A DNA stretch of 64,000 nt from Octopus vulgaris (lineage: Eukaryota): positions 15,733 to 79,732 of the forward strand of contig CATOCA020000017.1 in the NCBI GenBank assembly GCA_951406725.2, given 5' to 3'. The notes under the pieces were generated by a model. The model ran no database searches. It was not told the DNA's origin and was given only the letters and a program-made list of their open reading frames with translations. Of this stretch, positions 35,401 to 49,599 are shown in pieces (the stretch's first letter is position 1; every line of letters begins with the position of its first letter). The translations under genes and the position numbers were made by a program.

Positions 35401-36580
35401 AAAATTAATGTCTTCTTTTAGGCGGTTTATGCCTGTATCACAGGTGGATTCAGCTTTACCATAAATTATTGCTGATCTTGAGTGGGCAAAATGTTCTCTA
35501 CTATGAGCTGCGGTATTCGATTCTTCATTGGATGATTTTGAAAGGGTGGTTTCATAGCCATTAGACTTACGTCGGCATGTGGGGTCGATCGGAATGGGTT
35601 TAGTGGTCATAATTTTCCCGCCTGGTTTGGAACTGCACTGCCTCTTCTTCGGTTTGGGGAGCACCACTCCCCAGATGAACTCACATCGAGATCGTTCAGA
35701 ATTGGTTGAGCAATGGCATTAATGGGAAGGACAAGTGAGGGAGAATCCAAACAGATTTTATCGTGATCAGGTTTCATAGCTAAATCTGCCCCACTGGAGT
35801 TTTGACTACGTTTCTTCTTTTGGGGAGAACAACGGTCTTCAGGTGGGTTTGAGTCTACGCTCCTCAAATTAGGTTGGGGAACCTCCGGGACCGAAAAGGC
35901 AGATGAGGAAGAATCCGCACAGGAACGATCATGTGCAGAAACGACCGCCGGTTCCTTCGCCTTCTTTGGCCGCTTCGATTTTGTTCCCTTCGGTTTGGAC
36001 GTCTCCAGGGAAGAAATCAAGGGTGACTCTGCATCAATAGGAGACTGTTTATTCAGTAAAAGAGCAACAACAGACTTTAGGTGCTCGACCTCTTGTTTGA
36101 GCAACAGCAACTGCTCGTTGAGCTGACTATTGGTAGGACCATCATCTTGATGAGAAGCCCTTCTTGCAGATCTCAGTTTCGATCTGTAGGTAGCTGACAT
36201 GATAGATGGTTGACTAAAAACAATCTTCTATGGGCTCTAGGACAAATCTGAGTTAAATCAGGAACAAAAAAAAACAGCTGCAATCCTTGTAGGAGTAGGC
36301 AACAGCAGACAAAATCTGAGAGAGTTTGGGCTGAGCCGAATCACAATCCAAGATTGAAAGCAGACGGTGAAACGAGTTGGGAACCCTTCCTAATTGTCTG
36401 AAGCAGCTTTAGGATAAGGGATAGTAGGTCCAACTTTAGAATATTGATATGCATGTAAAATGTTCCACACGACTAAATATCATTTGACGTGCTATTTAGT
36501 ACTTCAATAATTGCGTCTGCGCATGTTTGTACATGTGTGAATAATGTGTTTATGTGCGAGAAGGCACATATTACCATATA
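32453..36580 (-). mobile_element. CR1-clade LINE, near full length, frameshifted, with (CTAA)n 3' tail
   Basis: ORF1 pieces 36200-35043 (RPRPIRVIF; ERIRRRNLISELK). ORF2 pieces 35046-32520: YTNSCSL, ITETWL, LGDFNAPTIDW, SDH, NYRPVSLTS, PQGSVLGPLLF, FADDIKL. (TTAG)n at 32453-32478. Possible short TSD GGATATA. Confidence 0.85.
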
Positions 36581-36975
36581 AAAGGATATAACAAAGGATA
36601 TATGAACAGAAATTTGAGAAATCAATAATTAAGTAATTAATGACAAGAATTCCCAATAGTGAGGTAGTTCACTTCGGTAATTAGGGGTCAACCCCATGTT
36701 AAAATCCCGGATTATTCTGCTGTCTTCAAGGTATGGGAATGTTTTCTTTTAGCTTGTTTCATCCTGCTTAAAAAACCATACTCAGAATTGATCCATTCAG
36801 TCTCACCAGTCTTGCTACTCTTGACCACCTTTTGATAAACACACTAGAAGGCAGCACTCCCTCTCTATCCTTATCTTCAAATGATATTTGAAGAAATTGA
36901 TGAGAGCTTAGCTAGATAGGAAAGTGCCTGTCTTCAAACCTTACAGACAGGCCAACCATACAAGGGAAAACCCAT

Positions 36976-39460
<2,485 letters not shown>

Positions 39461-39474
39461 GGAAAGTGCAGGTG

Positions 39475-42400
39475 AAATGTATCCGTTTTCCATGCTAGCA
39501 TGCAGAAAACAGGTTATTGGAGGATACATAGGGTTTTGACTGAGGGCTGGCAACATTTAAGATGGCTGCACCAGGCTGCACCAGGCTCCAGTCTTGATCT
39601 GGCAGAGTTTCTACAGCTGGATGCCCTTCCTAACGCCAACCACTTCGAGAGTGTAGTGGGTGCTTTTTACGTGCCACCTGCACAGGGGCCAGTCAGGCAG
39701 TACTGGCAATGACCTCGCTCGAATCTTTTTACATGTGCCACTGACACAGGTGCCAGTGAAGCGACGTTGGTAACGATCACGCTCGAATGGTGCCCTTTTA
39801 CGTGCCACGGGTACGGAAGCCAGTTGGCTGCTCTGGCAATGATCACAACGATCACGCTCGGATGGTGTTCTTGGCACCCTACTAGCACAGGCATAAGTGC
39901 CAGTAAGGCGACGCTGGTAACGATCATACTCGAATAGCCGCTCTGTCAATGATCACACTCGTATGGTGCTCTTTGCACCCCGCTAGCATGGATGCCAGTC
40001 ATCGAAATGATTTTGATTTCACTTGCCTCAACAGGTCTTCGCAAGCAAAAGTTTAGTGACCAAAGAAGGAAAAGCTACGCATAAGCGGGCTGGTTATGCT
40101 CCTAGCATAGGCCATGGGCTATGGTTTCATCTGGTTTGCCAGGTCTTATCGAGCACAGCATATTTCCAAAGGTTTCAGTCGCTAATCATTTCCGTGGTGA
40201 GGCCTAATGTCCGAAGGTCGTGCTTCACTACTTCATCCCAGGTCTTCCTGGGTCTACCTCTTCCACAGGTTCCCTCAACGCTAGGGTGTAACACTTTTTC
40301 ACACAACTATCCTCATCCATTCTCACCACATGACCATACCAGCGCAGTCGTCTCTCTTGCACACCACATCTAATGCTTCTTAGGTCCAACTTTTCTCTCA
40401 AGGTACTTACACTCTGTTGAGTATGAACACTGACATTACACATCCATCGGATCATACTGGCTTCATTCCTTGCGAGCTTACGCATATCCTCAGCAGTCAC
40501 AGCCCATGTTTCACTGCCATGTAGCATGGCTGTTCGTACACATGCATCATACAGTCTACCTTTTACTCTGAGCAGAGGCCCTTTGTCACCAGCAGAGGTA
40601 AGAGCTCTCTGAACTTTGCCCAAGCTATTCTTATTCTAGCAGCTACACTTTCAGTGCACCCTCCTCCTCTACTGATTTGGTCACCTAGATAACGGAAGCT
40701 ATCAACTACTTCTAGTTTTTCTCCCTGGAATGTGGCAGAAGTTGGTCTCTGCGCATTTTCAGTGTTTATTGCTCCCGAGCATCTGCCACATACAAAAACT
40801 ATCTTCCCAGTTAGCCTTCCTTTGATATTACTGCACCTCTTATGTGTCCATAGCTTACACTGGTACATCTTATAGAGTTTCTACCTACACCTCTACTACA
40901 GATCGAGCAGGGCCATCTACCTTAAGGGATTTATGGTTTGTCAGCCTTCCTACTTATTAAAACTTTGCTTTTAGCTAGGTTGATTCTAAGGCCCTTCAAT
41001 TCTAATCCTTGTTTCCACACTTGAAACTTCTCCTCTAGTTCTGATAGTGACTCAGTGATTAGAGCAAGGTCATCAGCATAGAGGAGCTCCCAGGGGCATC
41101 CTGTCTGGAATTCCTCCGTTATTGCCTGGAGGACTATGATAAATAGGAGGGGGCTGAGGACTGAACCCTGGTGGACCCCAACCTCTACCTTGAATTCTTC
41201 AGTGTACTCGTTGCCAACCCTTACCTTACTTACAGCGTCCCTGTACATGGCTTGCACAGCTCTCACTAACCATTCATCTATCCCTAGTTTCCTCATTGAC
41301 CACCAGATAAGGGATCGGGGGACCCTGTCAAAGGCTTTCTCCATGTCAACGAAAGCCAGGTACAGGGGCTTATCTTTGGCTAGGTATTTCTCCTGCAGCT
41401 GTCTTACCAGAAATATGGCATCAGTGGTACTTTTCCCTGGCACGAAACCAAACTGCATCTCATCCAAGTTGACTCTCTCCCTAATAAGTTGGGCTATGAC
41501 CCTCTCCGTAACCTTCATTACCTGATCCAACAGCTTGATACCTCTGTAATTATTTGTATCTAGGGCGTCACCTTTACCTTTGTAGCAGTTAACTATTATG
41601 CTGCTACACCAGTCATTGGGTATGACTCCTTCGTGTATCACCTGGTTAACTATACGGGTGACTAGGCTATAGCCGACACTGCCAGATATTTTGAGCATCT
41701 CTGCAGTAATTCCTGATGGGCCTGGGGCTTTCCCTGTCTTCATGCTTCTAATTGCCTTGACTACCAAGGAACTGTCAACATGGATAGCTGGTCCCTCTGT
41801 TGGGTCGACATTCGGCAGACTCTCTTTATCCCATGCATTTTCTTTATTCAGCAACCTTTCATAGTGGCGTCTCCAAACCACTCTCTTTGCATCCTCATTT
41901 AGCGCAAGTGAACCATCATCCATGCGAACACATTTCTCTCCTACCACATCACGATTCTCTCTCACACACTGTCTTGCAACACGAAATACCTCAAGTCTTT
42001 CGTCCTCACGGTGCAGAACATTGGCAAATTTTTTCTTATCTGCTTCCCCTCTGGCTAAATACACCTGCCTCCTAGCTTCCCTTCTGGCAGTCTGATACAC
42101 TTCCTCTGCTACCACCGTTCTTCCAGTCCTTCCAAGCCTGTTTCTTTTGTCTAATAGCCCTGTCAACAATATTGTTCCACCACCACGTTATTTTGGGTCT
42201 TGAGGGGACTTTGCACCAACCACAGATCTGGTCAGTGGCTCTCAGCAGGTTGTCCCTTAGAAACCTCCAGTTGTCTTCTACCCCATGTGAAGCTATATCC
42301 CCTTCTATTTCGTCAAAGGCTTCAAGTAATATGTCTCTAAATCTCTGTCCATTCGCAGGATCTTTAAGCTTCCAGACCCTTCTTCTCCATGTTGGTGTCT

Positions 42401-43500
42401 TCTGGTCGTCCTCTTAGTCCTGATCCTAAAGTCACTAACTACCAGTCTATGTTGTGGGGTACATTCTTCGCCTGGGAAGGTTTTGGCATTTATAAGCAGC
42501 CATCTTTCCCTTTTTCTGGCAAGGATGTAGTCAATTTGGCTAGTATGTCGGCCCGATCGGTAGGTGACTAGGTGGCTGGTAGGTTTCCTGAAGTTAGTGT
42601 TGCAAACCATAAGATCGTTCGCATCGCAGAACTCCAGCAGCCTGGTTCCCTCCTCGTTGCGGGAACCATAACCGTAGCCTCCATGTACGCCATGGAAGCC
42701 CCCAGCATGTTGTCCAACATGCCCATTGAAGTCACCAGCCACAAAGAGAAGGTCCCTGTCGTTCGTCAACAAGGTAGTCTGCAGTAGGGTGTCATAGAAT
42801 CGGTCTTTCTGTCCATTGGGTAGCCCTGGCTGAGGGGCATAGGCCGATATAATGGTTGCTAATCCATGATGAAGCACTAATCTAATCTTAAGTATTCTGT
42901 CGCATACTCTGACTACCTCAATTACCTTATCTACCCATTTTTAGTGAGAAGTATACACACCCCCAACCCCGTCAGTGTTCCCAGCCCAGAAAATATTGTA
43001 CCTGTGTTCTTTGCCTGTGAGGAACTTAGCAGAACCTCCTCTCCACCTCACTTCTTGGATGCAACACATATCGACACATCTCCGTTCAAGCATCTCAACA
43101 ATCTCACCAGACCTACCTTTCAGTGTGCCAACATTGAGGGTGCCTACCCTGAGGGTGTGGGAGGTATGGGCCCTAGGGACCTTGGGACGGGGGACAGTAG
43201 CTTCATGTACCTGAAAAGAAAACTTGCATTTGGCAGGATTCATAGACAAACAATAGACTTAAGTTCAAACCGCATACACTACTCTATCATATTTTTCACT
43301 GTATGATCACTACCTTATATAGCAGGGGGTGGGGTGGCATAAGCCTTTTGAAGTGTACATGGGAGACAACCAGGGATGACAAAATTGGGACTTCCGGTAA
43401 AGGTGGAGGTGGGAGGGAGGGTGCACCGCGAAAACTAGCAGCCATGAGGGGCACATCTCATCTCTTGAGAAGGAATACTTCATTGTAGGTATTAAGAGAC
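39475..43500 (-). mobile_element. RTE-clade LINE, near full length, frameshifted
   Basis: APE: GTLNVGTL, CIQEVRW, AGDFNGHVG, SQIDYIL, QHRLVV. RT: KAPGPSG, NYRGIKLL, FVDMEKAFDRV, HQGSVLSPLLF, YADDLAL. C-terminal RRLRWYGHV. Long 3' UTR. 5' boundary approximate. Confidence 0.88.
39690..39980. repeat. Degenerate ~60-70 bp tandem repeats in the RTE 3' UTR
   Basis: Recurrent GGTAACGATCACGCTCGAAT / GCAATGATCAC / GTGCCAGT..GCGACG units. Confidence 0.6.
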
Positions 43501-43719
43501 ATTTAGACATCGATAAGTAAGAAGGAACTATAGAGTTATATATTGAACATGAGACGTGAATTTGAAATAAACAGAATAAAACCGAATAGAGAGAAACTAA
43601 AAGGGTTAGACATCGATAAGTTAGAGAGTAAAACAGAATAGAGATAAACTAAAAGGGCTAATCAATTGCGCAGAATTATATATAGTTAACGGGTTGAGGC
43701 TGTGATGAAGCGTTGAAAG

Positions 43720-45607
43720 GGCTGACAAAAATCAAGACAGAGGAAGGGACAGAACAGAGAATAAAGGTTACAAGGGTTTTGTCCGTTTGTAAGATCGAGT
43801 AAAAAACAGTTTAAACAACGAAAGATTATAACAATGAAAATCTCCCAAAGGGGGGGGGGCATTACGAAAGGTTCCTGGTGGAAAAAACCATAAAAGCCAA
43901 CGGGAGCCTGGTCAAAAGGGGGGTAGAGAGCCCCTTTCTCCTTTTGTAATACTTTTTTAAATCACAGGTGTAACCTCAGAATGGCTCCTTTCACACTGGC
44001 CATTCTTGCGACATTTATCCACCTTTCATTAAATTTGCTATCGGACAGCACTTCCTCTCAACTCTCATCTTCCTTTTCAAGTGAAACTTGAAAAAGTTAA
44101 TGAAGCTTGGGCCAAAGAGGAAAATGTCTAATCTTAGCCCTTTCAAACAGGTCCACCATACCACCTCTTTCGCTACAGCCACTAGGCAAAGGAAAACTGC
44201 CTTGCCCTCCCGGTTAAAGGAGGTCGGCGGGATAATCTTCTCTATGGATTCAGCTGATAGCCAGATCCGTCCTATATGCGACAGTAGCTGTTCGACATAA
44301 ACCCATAGTTCAGCAATACTCGGATACTGGACGAGTGCGTGCAGGATGGTTTCATCGTCCTAGCAGCACCTTGGGCTGACGGCACTTCCGTGCCAGTAGA
44401 GTTTATGCCGAACAGGCAGAGCCCCTCGGTAACACTGCCAGGCGAGGGACCTCTGGAAATTATCCATTGGCCCCGGCCCGAAAGTCCTCTCGAACAGACT
44501 GCTCAGCTCATTATCGTCAAGCCTAGAGTTTCCCCGAGAACGTCGTCGCACTTTTCTTCCACTAACTCTCTATAGAACACTAGAGTGGAACTACTACCGA
44601 TCGCATTGCCCGCTTCGCGGAGGGCGGAGAGAGCTTGACGGCACTCGAGGTGCCAAGCGCCCTTTCTCAGTCTGCGTTTGATCCAGGTCTGCAGCTCTGA
44701 CAAAAGATGACCACACCTGTTCACCGTCTAGGAAACACTTGAGATGCCGTAGCCTGAGCGCATGTCTGCACATTAGTAATCACGGCATGCCAAGGCCTCC
44801 GTTCAGCGGTCGTTGACAGCAGATGGATCGCCTGACCAGTGGTACCTGACCCTTCCACAAAAAGCTGAAGAGCAAGCGTAGCAGCTTGGCCTACCAGCGG
44901 TTGGGACAAGGAACGATGGTCAAGCGGTAATAGATGACGGATGCGATGTACGCATTCGCCACCTCCGCCCGACCTTTCAGGGACAACTTCCTCTCGGCCC
45001 ATTTCTGGGTGAGATTGGCCACCCTGCTCGTCACTTCTTCCCAGTTTTTATCCTCTTGGAGGTCCGGACCGAACCAGACCTCAAGCAGTTTAACGGGTCC
45101 GTCTGTCCAGTGCCCTACGACGCTGTTGGACGGCATGGACTTGCCTCTCCAGGTGACTAGTTGCAAGCCCACAGACTTTTCCGCGTTAATCTTTGCCCCT
45201 GTCACTGCTTCGTACTCGTTCAGCATCTCGTCGATCAGGTCAATGTGCCTGTGACTCGACACCATCACGGTGACGTCATCGGATAGGCAGACACGCTGTT
45301 TCCACCTCCTAGATCGTGCAGGATACCCCTCAAAGCATCCAACTTGTGCAGTAATGGCTCAAGGGTCAAAACGTACAAGAGGGAGGAGAGAGGGCATCCT
45401 TGGCAGACTGAATGCGAGATGTCAAACGGCTCTGAAAGGTGACTGTTCACCCATATTACCGAGCAGATGTTGCAGTATAAAGCAGTGATCCACCTGCAGA
45501 AGACTGGACTGAAGCCGGCTGCCTTGAGAACAGCTGCTAGGTATCGATGGTTGACCCTATTGAAGGCTTTACTCTGATCTAAATTGATCAAAGCCCCACC
45601 CGCGCCA
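43720..45607 (-). mobile_element. 5'-truncated, moderately diverged relative of the array Tx1 family
   Basis: GAGGALINLDQSKAFNRV through ORF2 stop (~43962), plus a 3' UTR clearly homologous to the array 3' UTR. The 5' junction abuts the AT/ATT tail of a SINE. Confidence 0.9.
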
Positions 45608-45609
45608 AA

Positions 45610-45760
45610 TAATTAATAATAATTTCTACTATAGACACAAGGCCGAAATTTGAGGGGACAGTGATAGTCACTCACATCAACTCCAGTATTCCAACTTTAT
45701 CAACCCCAAAATGATGAAAAGCAAAGTTGGCCAAAGCAGAATTTGAACTCAGAACGTAGT
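45610..45760 (-). mobile_element. Decayed SINE of the same family as 30158-30298
   Basis: Minus strand TTCTGAGTTCAAATTCTGC...CTTTGCTTTTCATC...CCTTGTGTCTATAGTAGAAATTATTATT. Confidence 0.6.
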
Positions 45761-45974
45761 GACGCAGACAAATACATAACAAAAACACCATGACTTACAA
45801 ATATATATAACATACAGAAAATAGCACTACAAGGCATCACACACATCCTACATAAAACACTTTCAATACAGTGATAATAAGAGCATAACCGCAAACCAGG
45901 GCACAAACCCAAGGCACACAGAGTTGTGCTCAGTTGTGCAGTGAAAGCACGTTATGAAAATAAGACTACTGAAA

Positions 45975-46033
<59 letters not shown>

Positions 46034-46062
46034 AAATAATAATAATGATAATAATGATAATA
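45975..46062. repeat. (AAT)n microsatellite; (ATT)n tail of the minus-strand Tx1 copy to its right
   Basis: Direct reading. Confidence 0.9.
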
Positions 46063-48600
46063 AATTCTTTATTGGCCACCAGGGCTGAACACAAAACATA
46101 AATGATGATACACAGACAAGTGACAGTGGGGTTAAGCATGTAAAAAGCAAACAAAAAAAATAAACAACAATTAACAAGGAGATTAAACCAAGAATGTATT
46201 TCCCCAATAGCGGGGAGTTCCACTGAGAGGTGACCAAAGAAATCTCACACACTTTGGACTCCATAACACCAAAAGCACCTCAGGTAGGCACTCCTCTCCT
46301 CTGCATTCCATCCGGCCTACACGTACACACTTAAAGTAGGTCCATTCACACAGGCCATTCTTGTCACATTCACCCACATTTCAACAAACTTACTGGGAAA
46401 CAGCACCTCTCTCTCCAGTCTCACTTTCCTTTTCAGGTGGAACCTGAAAAAATCAATGAAGTGGAAGGTATCCATCTTCAAACCTTTCAATCACGTCCAC
46501 CACATAACCCCTTTTGCCATAGCCACCCAACAGATGGACTTGGATGACAGCTGGATCCGTCCTACACATGACAATAACTGTTTGACAAAGCTCTACAAGT
46601 TCACAATATGTGGACACTGTACGAGAGCATGCAGAATGATTTCATCGCTCTAGGTGCCTGTCTGATTGCACACCTGTGCCTGTAGAGCATATAGTGAACC
46701 GGCAGAGATCCCCTGGTAGCATTACCAGACCAGGGATTTCTGGAAGTTATCCATAGGTCCAAGTATGAAAGTCCTTCAGAAAAGGCCAGCCAGTTGATCC
46801 CTCCTGATGTCCAGAACATCTCTAAGAACATCATCACTCTTTCCCTCCATAATCCCCTATAAACTCCAATGTGGAACTTCCACAGACCGCATTACATGAT
46901 TGGCTGAGGGCTGTTAGCACTGAAGACACTCAAGATGCCAAGGCCCCTGCCTCAGTCTATGCCCGATCCAGGACTGTATCCCTGTTAAGGAGTCGAGCTG
47001 TGGAAAAGCACGTCCAGCAAACAGTGACCACACCTGCTCACCATTAATGTATTATTGGAGATGCCGCAACATCAGTGCACGTCTGCATATCATCAGCCAT
47101 GGCATGCCCAGTCCTCCACACAATGAGTGCTGTTGGAGATCAGGTGATCCCGCCTCCATTTCTTCATTGAGCTCCTTTTGGAACTCTTATAGAGAAGCCT
47201 TTCATTGGCATTTACTTGAGTGATCCCTACATTGTGTGGAAAGACATCCCTAATTGTTTGGATAGTGTCCAAATTCATCCTCACCATCATTCAGTTTTTG
47301 GCATGTTGCACATGCTAGTCCAAGATTTCCCCACCTTTTTTCAATGTCTTCCATTATTGATAAGAGGAGCCATCAGGTTTTTGTTAGCTCTCCTTACTAA
47401 CACAAAGTTAGCTGCCTGCATCATTGTTTCTTGTTTTTCTTATGGTGTTTGCAGTGTGAGTTTCCTTTTGGGATTTTTTCTGTCTGCAGTGGGGTTTTTG
47501 GTGCTTGTGATGCTTTAGTTGATGATTGTGGTGCCTCAGGAGTTGTCTGAGTGTCTGTGTTTGTTGTGGGTGCGAGTGCAGTTTCTTGTTATCTTGTTTT
47601 GGTGCAGGACAAAATGCCTCACTTCTGTGACTTCTTTTTGGTCTTTTGGATTTAATCTGTTCCCCCTCATCATCACTTTTCAATGTGATAGAAATAGTGC
47701 CAGTTGCAACCTCCTCTTCTTTGTGTGGAAGTGAATTCGTGTTTGTATGTGTATCTTTTTCTGCGTGTTTGTTTGTTAGAGGGTGAGTTTGTTGAGCTTG
47801 GTTGCGAGGTGTTGGTTTTTGTGGTTGACCTCTCTGACAGTTTTCCTGCTGGTGTTGTTGCTATTTTTGCTGCTTTCCCTATTGTTGGTGATGGTCTTTC
47901 TACAGCTGGTCCTGTTTTTTGTTTTCCCAGCCATAATGTTGGTGTCAACAGAGGTCTATGGACCCCTGTACCTTTTTGCTGAGGGATGAGTGCTTGTAGG
48001 TGTGTTGCTTCATGACAAGCAAAGCAATGAGGCCTTCTGCCCTCGGTGGTCAAGAGTAATTTCCTCCTACCCTTGAGGCAGACATAGTCTGGGATGTTTT
48101 CCAAGTCTTGTGGCTTTATTTGTATTAGCATTTCCAAATCTATCTCAACCTAGTTCTCTCTTTGTGTCCGTTGGACTTTTAGGAGGAGGGTGCTACTGCC
48201 CTCCATGATCACATATCCCATGAGCCACCATATGTTGATACTTGGTGTTATTCTGAGGACTCTAACTTTTATTGTTCTTCTACTCATCAATTTTGTCCTT
48301 GAAATTGTTACTTGTGTCAGTGAAAATTACATTTACATGACTTTTCCTGCTGTTATAAACTGGTTTGTTTTGTGTTAGAAAGTTACACCCACCTCACACC
48401 TCATTTCTCACTTGCAAATGTGTAAACATTTCGCAAATACTAAAATATTCAGGCACAAAGTCCAAATATTATTTAGCTCATTTTTTTCTGGGGACAAAGA
48501 CTACTGTCTTATGCTTTTAAACAATAATATCAATAATATAGTTTTGAGAACAAAAATACCTGTCAAGCTTCAACTGACTTTCTAGCCTTCCAACCAGAAG
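46063..48600 (-). mobile_element. Internally deleted copy of the old Tx1 subfamily (same as 24940-30157)
   Basis: Shares 5' UTR (AAACAATAATATCAA...AAAAATAC.TGTCAAGCTTC) and ORF1 (PHCFACHEATH). ORF1 end is fused to GGLGMPWL of ORF2 near 47122. 3' end CAGCCCTGGTGGCCAATAAAGAA+(ATT)n. Confidence 0.82.
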
Positions 48601-48699
48601 TATAATGTTTAATAATAATAATGATAATAATAACAATAATAATACAATGATGAGGAGGAAGATGGCGATGACGATGATGATCATGATGATGATCCATAA

Positions 48700-49580
48700 C
48701 CAGTAACCTATCATCCAATTGCTTATTTGCCTGTGATGTGGAAGCTTCTAACTGGAATAATGAGAAAGAAATTGTACAAACATCTTGGAAGAGAATGAAC
48801 AGTAAGGCTGAAGAAAGGGATCATGAGGAACAAAAAATCTGTTGGTTATAGATAAGGCAATTTTAAGGAATTATCAGAGAAGGTTGATAAGCCTATCAAG
48901 CACATGCATATGATATAGTTCCTCACTCATAGATTTTAAAATGCCTGGAGATAGTCAGGGCAGCTAAAAATATGATTTATTTATAGAAAAACAGTATAAG
49001 GAACTGGAAGCCAGTTTTGATTGCAGGTGGGAGGGAAATTGGACAAGTCAACATCAAGACAGGAATCTTTCGAGGAGACTGTGTTACACCTGATGTTTAT
49101 TGTTAGTATGCTACGATTCTCCATGGTTGTGAAAAAGATGGAAGCTGGTTACAAACTGCAGAAAAACATAAGACCAAATTACCACATGCTATAAATGGAT
49201 GATTTGGGGGTGCAAGAACTGAAGACAGTGTTATGAAGGAGATCAAGTCCTTACACGCCTATCTGGGGAATAGTGCTGAAAGAATGTTGCAGGCTTCACT
49301 CAATGAGAAGGTGACCAGTGACAATGTTGAGACCCTCCAGGATTACAACATAAGGACGAACAGAGAAAAGATCATCAAATGGAAAGAGAAAGTCCTACAC
49401 AGAGAGTTTTTCAGCAAATATTGGATGAAGGTGATGGGGAATCATGGAGATGGTTAAGACATGGTTTTTTTAAAGAAGAAGATAGAACAGATCTTTGCAA
49501 CATACCTGCAGACCAGAATATTGCGAAGACAGTGGACAAGAAAGTCAAGAAGTACCAAGTCCTAGCACTGGGACTGAACC
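48700..49580 (+). mobile_element. Highly decayed R4/Dong-like fragment
   Basis: YHPIAYLPVMWKLLTG, QLLVIDKAIL-like, GIFRGDC, VDKKVKKYQVLA; preceded by AAT/GAT repeats. Confidence 0.6.
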
Positions 49581-49599
49581 CAAAACTATATGATTGGGA

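Noticed and set aside
39690-39980. CRISPR-like repeat-spacer pattern
   Set aside because: Degenerate tandem repeats inside an RTE 3' UTR in eukaryotic DNA; no constant repeat, unique spacers or cas genes.
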